From the NCBI RefSeq assembly GCF_001194135.2, contig NC_068996.1, positions 52,642,154 to 52,700,123 on the forward strand: a DNA stretch of 57,970 bases, given 5' to 3'. Source of the DNA: Octopus bimaculoides (lineage: Eukaryota). The translations under genes were made by a program, and so were the position numbers. The notes under the pieces are model-generated. The model saw only the letters and a program-made list of their open reading frames with translations. It searched no databases and was not told the origin of the DNA. Shown here piece after piece: positions 13,150 through 23,046 of this stretch (position 1 is the first letter of the stretch; each line of letters opens with the position of its first letter).

Positions 13150-14556
13150 TGTCACATGACAGTTACCCGGCACTGGCTGCTGGAGCCTACTGGTGAGTAT
13201 TTAAAAGCAGATTATATGATGCCTGTGCATGGACAGCTATGCTACATGGCTGTGAGAAATGGGCTGTGACTATTAATGACATGCAAAGGCTTGAAGGAAA
13301 CGAAGCTAACATTCTGCACTGGATGGCTAATGTCAGTGTGCATATACAACAGAGTGTAAATGATTTGAAAGAAAGACTGTGTAAACAACACATCAGACTT
13401 AAGTATGCAAGAGAGACAACTGTGCTTGTACAGTTATATAATGCAATTGGATGAGGAGAGTTGCATCAAGAAGTGCTGATCTCTAATTGTGCAGGAAGCC
13501 ATAAGATGAAGTGGTGAGAAAGTATCTTCAGATGTTGGACCTCGCAGAGAGAATGACAAGGGGTCAAGTCTTCTGGCAGTTTACTGGTTATAAACATATT
13601 AATAAATGTTTCTAATTATGTACGTTGAATTATGTCATACTGATGACAGAAAAGGAAGTTATATCCCTGAACTAGAAATCAATTGATCCATGGCTAAACC
13701 TTTTACAAAAATCATTTTTGTTCATTTCTCTCACCTTCAGCTCGTGTCTATGTGATAAATAAGAGTCATTTTAGAGTCATTTGACATCTTTTTCTAGCAT
13801 GTGGCACTACCATGTAGTTTGCCCATATTATAATTTTTATAAAATATCAGATACTTTGTATCTATATACTGTGGAAGGAACCTGCGGAAGAGGTAGATGC
13901 AGGAAGACATGGGATGAGGTGGTGAAGCATGACCTTCGAATATTGGGCCTCACAGCGGCAATGACAGGAGACTGAGACCTTTGGAGATACACTGTGATTG
14001 AGAAGACCCAGCAAGTAAAGTGAGATCATAGCCATGGCCGATGCCAGTGTTGCATGTTCAGCTCATTTAAAAATACCCTTGATGCGCCGGGCGATATGAT
14101 ATGCTTGAGAAGACCTGTTGAGTCAAGTAAAACCAAAATTGTAGCTGTGTCCAGTGTCCCATGACTGGCTCCCATTCTAGTGGCGCATAAAATGCACCAT
14201 CCAAACATGATCAATGCCAGTGCCCCTTGACTGGCTCCCATGCTGGTAGCATGTACAAAGCACTATCCGAACATGATCGATGCCAGGGCTGCCTGACTGG
14301 TTGCCGTGCCAGTGGCATGTAAAAAGCACCATCCAAATGTGATCAATGCCATGACCACCTGACTGGTTCCTGTTCTGATGGCATGTAAAAAGCACCCACT
14401 ATCCTCTTGGAGTGGTAGGCATTAGGAAGGGCATCCAGCTGTAGAAACATTGCCAGATTAGATTGGAGCCTGGTGCCGCTGCTGGCTCTCCAGGCTGCAG
14501 TCAAACTGTTCAACCCATACCAGCATGGAAAATGGACATTAAATGATGATGATGAT
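13150..14556 (+). mobile_element. 3' part of an RTE-type LINE in two pieces (13150-13560, 13860-14556)
   Basis: LHGCEKWAVT.NDMQRLEGNEA..LHWM; GRGRCRKTWDEVVKHDL; 66-bp UTR repeats; tail with (GAT)n. Confidence 0.85.
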
Positions 14557-14566
14557 GGTGATGATT

Positions 14567-14607
<41 letters not shown>

Positions 14608-15362
14608 NNNNNNNNNNNNNNNNNNNNNNNNNNNNNNNNNNNNNNNNNNNNNNNNNNNNNNNNNNNNNNNNNNNNNNNNNNNNNNNNNNNNNNNNNNNNN
14701 NNNNNNNNNNNNNNNNNNNNNNNNNNNNNNNNNNNNNNNNNNNNNNNNNNNNNNNNNNNNNNNNNNNNNNNNNNNNNNNNNNNNNNNNNNNNNNNNNNNN
14801 NNNNNNNNNNNNNNNNNNNNNNNNNNNNNNNNNNNNNNNNNNNNNNNNNNNNNNNNNNNNNNNNNNNNNNNNNNNNNNNNNNNNNNNNNNNNNNNNNNNN
14901 NNNNNNNNNNNNNNNNNNNNNNNNNNNNNNNNNNNNNNNNNNNNNNNNNNNNNNNNNNNNNNNNNNNNNNNNNNNNNNNNNNNNNNNNNNNNNNNNNNNN
15001 NNNNNNNNNNNNNNNNNNNNNNNNNNNNNNNNNNNNNNNNNNNNNNNNNNNNNNNNNNNNNNNNNNNNNNNNNNNNNNNNNNNNNNNNNNNNNNNNNNNN
15101 NNNNNNNNNNNNNNNNNNNNNNNNNNNNNNNNNNNNNNNNNNNNNNNNNNNNNNNNNNNNNNNNNNNNNNNNNNNNNNNNNNNNNNNNNNNNNNNNNNNN
15201 NNNNNNNNNNNNNNNNNNNNNNNNNNNNNNNNNNNNNNNNNNNNNNNNNNNNNNNNNNNNNNNNNNNNNNNNNNNNNNNNNNNNNNNNNNNNNNNNNNNN
15301 NNNNNNNNNNNNNNNNNNNNNNNNNNNNNNNNNNNNNNNNNNNNNNNNNNNNNNNNNNNNNN

Positions 15363-15432
<70 letters not shown>

Positions 15433-15505
15433 TTCTTCTCTCCCACCCCGCTCTTTACAATATACTTGGGTTTCTAACTGCACTCATCTCTCATCCTGTT
15501 ACTCA

Positions 15506-15575
15506 CAAAATAATTAACCAATGATTTACCTGTACAGAAAGAGATCACACACGGTTAAATATTTTAGCTGATAAG
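15506..15575 (+). promoter_or_regulatory. Possible proximal promoter motifs of the SLC5 gene (HNF1-like half sites and a GATA site)
   Basis: rc GGTTAATTATT at 15506-15519, GGTTAAATATT at 15553-15563 and TGATAAG at 15569-15575, within 140 bp of the ATG. Such motifs are common in AT-rich DNA. Confidence 0.25.
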
Positions 15576-15641
15576 TGAGCTTAAACAGAGATACACATAT
15601 AACTCGAAGAAACATAAACAAAAGCAAAGAAAAAGACAACG

Positions 15642-15737
15642 ATGGCAGGGGATACAATCAGTGGAACGGCCCTTCACTGGGGCGACATTGTTGTTATCGT
15701 AGCTTATTTTGTCATCGTCATCGCAGCTGGGATTCTT
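15642..15737 (+). CDS. SLC5A: SLC5 sodium/solute symporter (SGLT/SMIT-like), coding exon 1: MAGDTISGTALHWGDIVVIVAYFVIVIAAGIL
   Basis: ATG at 15642. The hydrophobic DIVVIVAYF segment matches the first TM helix of SGLT-family proteins. Donor GTAAGT at 15738, phase 0. The paralog cannot be assigned. Confidence 0.9.
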
Positions 15738-16230
15738 GTAAGTATATCTGTTTTTACTTCCCTACTTTTTTCTATGATCGATTTCGATTTCGCGTCTTCA
15801 AAGTACTCCTTGTCACTTTTAACAAGCATTGGAAAGGATTTTGTGTATAGTCAGCGATTCGGTTTCAATTTCCAGCTGACGAAAGCTTAAGATGAGCCCA
15901 CACAATGACGATTTAACATACGAAACCCTTATTTAATACAGATGTTTCAGAAATACCCTACACATGCACATACATATTTGCATAAACTTACATTAAAAAA
16001 ATATCCGTTAAAGTATATTCATTTCGATTATGCTATGCAATGTGTATCTAACGTGTGTGTGTGTGTGTGTATACACATACATAAATAATGCGGTTTTATT
16101 TATACTTCTTTTATTTTTCAGAATTAAGATAAACAAAGTTCTTTTTTAATCTAAAATATACTTTCCTTCATTTTCTACAATGTCCTTCCATCTATCTGGT
16201 GGACTTACAAGGCCCCTCTTCCAAAATTCA

Positions 16231-16297
16231 CTTGGGAATCAAAACCATGATCTCATAGTCGTGAGTGCAACAGCCTAACCACAGAGCCATGTGCCAC

Positions 16298-16328
<31 letters not shown>

Positions 16329-16525
16329 TGTCTTTGAGTTTGAGTTTATGTTTGTCCCCCACCACTGTTTGACAACTGGTATTGATGTTTTTATTTCCCT
16401 TTAACTTGGTGGTTTGACAAAAGAAACTGTCAGAATAAATGCTAGGTTAATAAAAAATATGCAGTGCGGCTGATCCATTCAACTAAAATTTTTCAAGGTG
16501 ATGCTCTAGCATAACTGTAGTGTAA
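16231..16525. mobile_element. SINE fragments (tRNA-like head on minus strand, SINE tail on plus strand, around a (CA)n tract)
   Basis: rc TGGCTCTGTGGTTAG...GGTTTTGATTCCC A/B-box-like head. Tail resembles 28490-28660. Confidence 0.55.
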
Positions 16526-17114
16526 AAAAACCCCCCAAAAATGAAAGATAAAATGGAACTTGAAATTTTTAAAAACTGGTGATATATGACAGCATATATG
16601 TGTATCAACCAAATTTTCTGTTCTTTTTTTCACATTACATTATTGGAATGTACATCATGTAAAGGGTATTTCCTGACAATTTCATTAACAAATATCAATT
16701 TTTCTAAAAGTTATGAGGAAACAAAGTAAGTGGGGGCACATTTATGTATGACTACATACATACATACATACATACATGTATATATATNNNNNNNNNNAAT
16801 ATCAGTTGAATAAAGTTAAGACATGGTCAAGTTTCCACGTTTTATATTATGGTATTTTAACATTAAAAAAATATTTAGTAATGTTCATAAAGTTCAGTTA
16901 TTGCTTTCATACATTCGTAGTAATCATCAGATTTAACTGACAATTGAGTTCCTGACAACTGTAGTACCTCTTAGAACATTCCAACAAGCTGAATTTTTAG
17001 AATATGATTTTGACCAATCTGCATGCAACTTAAACATTACAGTTTGCCGGGCACACTGATATTACTGACATAGATCCTGCCTTTATTTTAAGCAATTAGC
17101 TTGCAGTTTACATT

Positions 17115-18780
17115 TAGTGGCAGCACTGGCATTGGCTATGCTTGAATGGTGCTCTTTATGTGCCACTGGCACAGGTGCCAGTCAGATGGCACTGGAATCG
17201 GCCACAACTACGATTTCACTTTCTCAACAGGTCTTCTCAAGCACAGCATATTGCCTGACAATTGGAGGGTACTTCTAAACGGGCCAGTTATGCAAAACAG
17301 GCATTGGCTATGGCTATAATCTCACTTGGTTTGCTGAGTCTTCTCAAGCATAGCATACCTCCAGAGGTCTCAGTTGCTTGTCATTGCCTCTGTGAGGCCC
17401 AATGTTCGAAGGTTGTACTTTACCATCTCATCTCATGTCTTCCTAGATTTACCTCTTCCACAGGTTCCCTCCATTATTAGGGTGTGACACTTCTTCACAC
17501 AGCTCTCCTCATCCATATGCAGCACATGACCATACCAGCACAGTCGTCTCTCTTGCACATCACACTTGATGCTTCTTATGACCAACTTTTCTCTCAGGGC
17601 ACTTACATTACACATCCAGCGGAGTGTACTAGCTTCATTCCTTTCAAGCCTACACATGTCCTCAGCAGTCACAACCCATGTATCTCTGCTGTGTAGCATG
17701 GCTGTTCACACACATGCGTCATGCAGTCTATCTTTCACTCTGAGCAAGAGGCCCTTTGTTACCAGCAGAGGTAGGAGCTCTCTGAACTTTGCCCAGGCTA
17801 TACTTATTCTAGTAGCTAAACTCTCAGAGCATCCACCTCTGCAACTGACTTGGTCACCTAGGTAACGGAAGCTATCAACTACTTCTAGGTTTTCCCCTTG
17901 GCATGTGATGGAATCTATTTTCTGTACAACTTTGGTGTTTATTGCCCCTGTGAACTGCCACATAAAAACTATCTTTCCAGTTACCTTTCCTTTGATATTG
18001 CTGCACCTCTTATGTGTTCATAGCTTACATCGGATACATCTTATGGAGTTTCTACCTATACCTTTTCTACAAATTAAGCAGGGCCATCTACCTGAAGGGA
18101 TTTGTGATTTGTCTGCCTTCCTACTTACTAAGACTTTGGTTTTTGCTAGATTGACTCTAAGGCCCTTTGATTCTAATCCTTGCTTCCACACCTGAAACTT
18201 CTCCTCTAGTTCTGATAGTGACTCAACTACTAGAGCAAGATCATCAGCATAGGGGAGCTTCCAGGGGCATCCTATCTTGAATTCTTCTGTTATTGCCTGG
18301 AGGACTATGATGAATAAGAGGGGGCTGAGGGCTGATCCTTGGTGGACCCCTACACCTACCTGGAATTCTTCACTGTACTCGTTGCCAACTCTCACCTTAC
18401 TAACAGCATCCCTGTACATGGCTTGTACAGCTCTCACTAACCATTCATTTATTCCTAGTTTCTGTATTGGCCACCAGATAAGGGATCGGAGACCCTGTCA
18501 AAGGCTTTATCCATATCAACGAAAGTCAAGTACAGAGATTTATCTTTAGCTAAGAATTTCTCCTGCAGCTGTCTTACCAGAAATATAGCATCAGTGGTGC
18601 TTCTACCTGGCACAAACCCGAACTGCATCTCATCTAGACTGACTCTGTCCATAATTAGTTGGGCTATGACCCTCTCTGTAACTTTCATCACCTGATCCAC
18701 CAATTTGATATCTCTGTAATTATTCCTATCTAATGTATCACCTTTACCTGTGTAGCAGTTGACTATGGTGCTTTTACACC
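17115..18780 (-). mobile_element. RTE-clade LINE fragment: RT domain through 3' UTR, with frameshifts
   Basis: QFGFVPGRSTTDAIF...FVDMDKAFDRV; GVHQGSALSPLLF; PWKLPYADDLAL; Cys-rich WPCLICRKG..NSIRC; LRWMCNV; GRGKSRKT. Confidence 0.92.
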
Positions 18781-18892
18781 AATATATTTAATTCAAAACA
18801 ACAGAGAAAAAAGAAAAACAAAAAACAAACAAACATGAGGACACAGCACAAGCAATGTATTAATGTGATACTTAGAGAAAGAAGAGAGTTGT

Positions 18893-18931
18893 CGTTTTAC
18901 GTTTCGAGCATAGCTCTTCATCGGAATCACG
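18893..18931 (-). ncRNA. Minimal type I hammerhead-like motif with U4->C core change
   Basis: Minus strand: cgtgatt-CCGAUGA-a-GAGC(uau)GCUC-GAA-ACGU-A-aaacg. Perfect 4-bp stem II, palindromic stem III, GUA triplet, weak stem I. Confidence 0.55.
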
Positions 18932-19479
18932 AAAAACAGGAAAGTCCAAAGGGAAAGAAGGAAGAAAGAGGGAAAATCGCCAACAGTCCATGTGCAGTCA
19001 CATTTCTGAAGTTACTGGAAGTAGAAGGAGGAAGAGAAAGTGCTTTCTGAGACTGGAATTCTGTCTTCTCTGTAATTGTGAACTATTTTTTATTCTTTTT
19101 TCTAAAAATTCCCTTGTAAACATGGTTATAGAGCATGCATACTGATGTAAACATTGGCAGAAACACACCTTTAGTTCATATAAGTGATATCTATCATTAT
19201 AAATAATTTAAACATTAATTTTCTTCTTACATTTCACATTCACTAGATATATCTTTTTCCAAGACTTTAGGGTTTTATTTAATTTATATATCGTTATATT
19301 ATACCTCTCATTTATTTGGGGTTTTTTCTTTCCTTTATCCCTCCTCTTTCTATAGGCTACCTTTGACGTTATATCCTCTGACCTTTTTTTTTAAAACAAA
19401 CTTAATAGCGTTCAGTTAATCACTATACATATCCATCATTTTCTGTTAAAATGTCTTATTGACGAGTTTAATTTCTTCA

Positions 19480-19566
19480 TTTCTCTGAAGAGAAGATCAC
19501 ATTGATTTACACGATTTCATTCCTTTGGAATAATACCAGTGATATCTTCGAAACATGTGTCAGAAG
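19480..19566 (+). ncRNA. Type I hammerhead ribozyme with canonical core, predicted cleavage after C19561 (GUC)
   Basis: Stem I UUUCU/AGAAG; CUGAAGA at 19485-91; stem II GAAGAU (19492-97)/AUCUUC (19544-49) with G10.1-C11.1; GAA at 19550-52; stem III ACAUGUGU; C17 at 19561. Confidence 0.75.
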
Positions 19567-21124
19567 TAAAAGAATTTGAATAACACCTGCGTTTAACTCC
19601 ATTTATTTATTCTTATATATATTATACAAAATATTTCACGTAAACCTGAAGTTTCTACCTTTAAAAACAAGGAGTTACAACCTTTTTACTTGTGTGATTT
19701 TTTCTACCCTGGTAACTACCCATTTTTTTCTGTGTTAATTGTTAACAAGGGAAAAAGATACACTTAACCACACACTTTTTTTAAAATTCTTTTTTTAATT
19801 TTTTTAATTCTTTAAATTTTTCCTTGAAGAAGAAGCTGGCTTCTAACAAAGAAATAAAACTCAATTGCAGGAATATGATATGTTATATGCTGAATTTTAG
19901 AAAAGTCTTACATATTTGCACTATTCCACTTACAGATTGTGTTTGTAAAGTTATTGTTTGCTGATTGCTTTCTTTCCTTGAAAACACTGGGTTTTCGAGA
20001 TTGCTAGATAAAAATTGACTAAACCAAGTATACTAATTTATCTGGTATAAACGGGAATTTATAATCAATGTGATGTTATGAACTGAGAAAGCCTGTGAAA
20101 AGGGTAAGAGAGATGACATCAGCCATGTGTAGGGGTTCCTTCTTTTTTTCTTTTCTGCTGGGAACAAGTGTTGCCAGTGAATGCCAGTTGTGAGGGCAAT
20201 GAGTGAATGCAAAAATGGTCAGCTTGTGTAGCAGATTTCCTTTTAGACGGTAGACTGGAGTCAATCTATCTCTAGGTTCACACGGTTGAAAAGTTGTGTA
20301 AATAGAAAGTGGTGAAGTACAGAGGTAAGACATAGAGCTCAACCATGATAGGATTCAGACTGAACTCTGCACTGAACATCATGGCTGCAATCCTTGGTAT
20401 GTGTACAAGAGGCAGATGTATTAGTGCGTGTATGTACATATGCGTAGTGATATGAACTGAAATAGCAGGTGAAGAGATGCGGGAACAGAGGGAACTCCTG
20501 TCTTTTGCCAGCAACAGGTGTCACCAATGAATGGCAGCTGAGAAGAGAATGACGAGTGAATAAGGGACAGTCTCCACAAGCAAAAGACTTCCTCCTCCTT
20601 CCTTTTGCAGTGTAACATGATGCCCCTTCTCTCTCCTGTGCCAATGATGAAGTGTTTATCCTTTGTTTCCCTAATCCCTTTTATAATCATATATTATATA
20701 CATGCTGTAGGTTTCATAGCAGTTGTCTCTAAATATTTTCCTTCTGATTGATTTTAAAAGAATTGATCTTGTCTATAGAGCAGCTGATCTCAATCACTAT
20801 ATGTTATTTTTTTATTCCGTTCCAAACAAGTATTGTCTGTTTTGTCTGCATTTGGTATACATTTGACAGGAATATTCCAGCAATATTTTTGAGTGATACT
20901 ATATGACATTCAAATGCTGTATGCACTTACCTTAAGCCTTTCACTCTTTTCTTTGGAGACAGAGCCTATCAAAATAATTCTTTTCTGGAGAAACTCCTAG
21001 ATGTCGTCAAAATCTTCTAGATGTCAATATCAATGGATCAGATTACCTCTATGCATAGTCAAATGTCCTAAATGTTATTTTGAAATTGGGAATGTAAATA
21101 CATTGTTAAATTTTGTTTGTGGAT

Positions 21125-21517
21125 GAAGCCAGTGCCATATGAATGGCACCCATGCCGGTGGCACGTAAGAAGTGCCATTCGAGCATTGAGCCTCATTGAG
21201 GTAGTGACAGGTGACTGAGACCTTCGGTGACATACCATGCTTGTGTAGACCTGTCAAGCCAAGTGAGACCATAGTCATGGCCAATGCTGATGTCAGGGCA
21301 ATGGCACCTGTGCCAGTGGCATGTAAAAAGCACCCACTACACTCTTGGAGTGGTTGGCATTAGGAAGGGCATCCAACCGTAGAAACCTTGCCAAATGAGA
21401 TTGGAACCCAATGCAGCTCCCTGGCTTACCAGTTTTCAGTCAAACCATCTGGCCCATGCCAGCTTGGAAACTTGACGTTAAATGATGATGAAGATGATGA
21501 TGATGATGATGATGATG
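21125..21517 (+). mobile_element. RTE-type LINE 3' UTR/tail
   Basis: Shared UTR and tail ending in (GAT)n. Confidence 0.8.
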
Positions 21518-21850
21518 TAAGAGGAAAATTCTCAAGCATATTTTTATAAAATCTTATTGTATTCTTTAATCATCTTACATTTGTTCATAGCATCTTTGTA
21601 TCTATTTTCATTAGCACTAAAGTATTTGTGTGAAACAAGCAAGACAGAGATTATGGATGTAAAGATTTGGAGTTTGGGAAACAGTTTTTTTTCTTCTTTC
21701 AGTGTTCAGCTAACAAATATGGATATTTCTTTTGCTCAAATTCCAACCTTGTACCAACAGAAAATATTGCTGCTAAAGCCAACTATTTCTCTGTATTCTA
21801 AATATTCCTTGGATAGATCTTTGAATTGTTCTCAAAAAGTGATGGGTTAC

Positions 21851-22008
21851 CAGGGGTGGACCCAAGGGGGTGGGGCTGAGGGGCACGTTTCCCACTCAAG
21901 AAAAGAAGTGTACTCTTCTGAATAATGTTATTATGCCCGTTTCTCCTGGAATTGTATTCCCTTCTGACCTTGTGCCTTCCCTTTGAAAAATTCCTAGGAC
22001 CACGCCTG
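21851..22008. mobile_element. Probable short MITE
   Basis: Imperfect TIRs CAGGGGTGGACCCAAG versus (rc) CAGGCGTGGTCCTAGG. GC-rich island in AT-rich flanks. No clear TSD. Confidence 0.5.
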
Positions 22009-22929
22009 TTTACACTGATGCCTTTTGTTACTTGGCCTGTAGCACATAACCACCATTATTTTATAAAATAGCTTGTTGTGAATTTAGTGACAAAACAAAC
22101 AGAAACAGACAGATACAATAGTTTGACTTTCAGTTACAAGTGTAAGAATTGTTGATTAGGTCTTTGTTAGTTTTTCAATGAAAGCAACTAAGATTGCAAA
22201 TACTTTTGTTAAGAACATTGACTTTGACAACAATGAATGAGAAGTAATATCAAAGACAATTTCTCTAAACAAACCATGTCACCAGGATTCTATGCTGTAT
22301 TCTTATTTCAGACACTATAGCTTTATGAAAAGTAGTTTAGTATATGCTAACAACTCTTTTGAAATATCCTGTTTAAGGTTTATGTATAACTACCTGGCCC
22401 TGTGCATTCAAAAATGATGGTTAATTGTAGTATTTTATAGATAAATAAGGTACAAAACCAAGTTTTTAGTTTAATAATTCTTTTATTAACCAAATTTATA
22501 ATATACCTTTCAACTGCAGTCATTTTGTATTTTTGATACACTCAGGCAATAATTATTTTCTCTAATAAGTTTGTATGTTTGTGTGATTGTGATTGTAATA
22601 ATTATTTGTAATAAAACAGATAGAATATGGAGGGTAAATCAAATTAATACACTTGTCAATGTTATCTAGTGGTTGTCTTTTGAGATTTGATATTGATCAT
22701 CGTTTGTTACTGAAAGAATGCTGGTTCACACATACATTCACATACTTCCCTTGTACACACATACATACACATATACTCACACAGAGTTGAAACTCTGTTT
22801 GATATTTTCTTTTCAGCATTGAATGTTCACCATCCCACTTTCATTGCACACACACACACACACACACACAAACATTCACATACCTCCCTTTTATATATAC
22901 ACATATACTCACACAGAGTTGAAATGGTC

Positions 22930-23046
22930 CCACTACCAGTTTGTCATCACCCCTTCCTATGGCTGCGATATGTTGATGACACCTTCATACTCTGGCCCCA
23001 CCAGGAAGATGTCCATGTGGTGTTAGATCATGTGAACTCAATAAAG
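22930..23046 (+). mobile_element. Penelope-like element RT fragment
   Basis: Translation PFLWLRYVDDTFILWPH...VLDHVNSI matches the PLE-type RT active-site segment (W.RYVDD.F..WPH...L.H.NS). Confidence 0.7.

Noticed and set aside
14151-14400. CRISPR-like appearance of the 66-bp and 59-bp arrays
   Set aside because: Whole units are homologous with no unique spacers, there are no cas genes, and the context is eukaryotic retroelement DNA.
15875-15935. CUGACGA ... CGAAAC pair just inside intron 1
   Set aside because: No stem II or stem III pairing, and no suitable cleavage triplet.
16895-16935. Minus-strand CUGAUGA...GAAA
   Set aside because: Only a 3-bp stem II, and the position equivalent to H17 is G.
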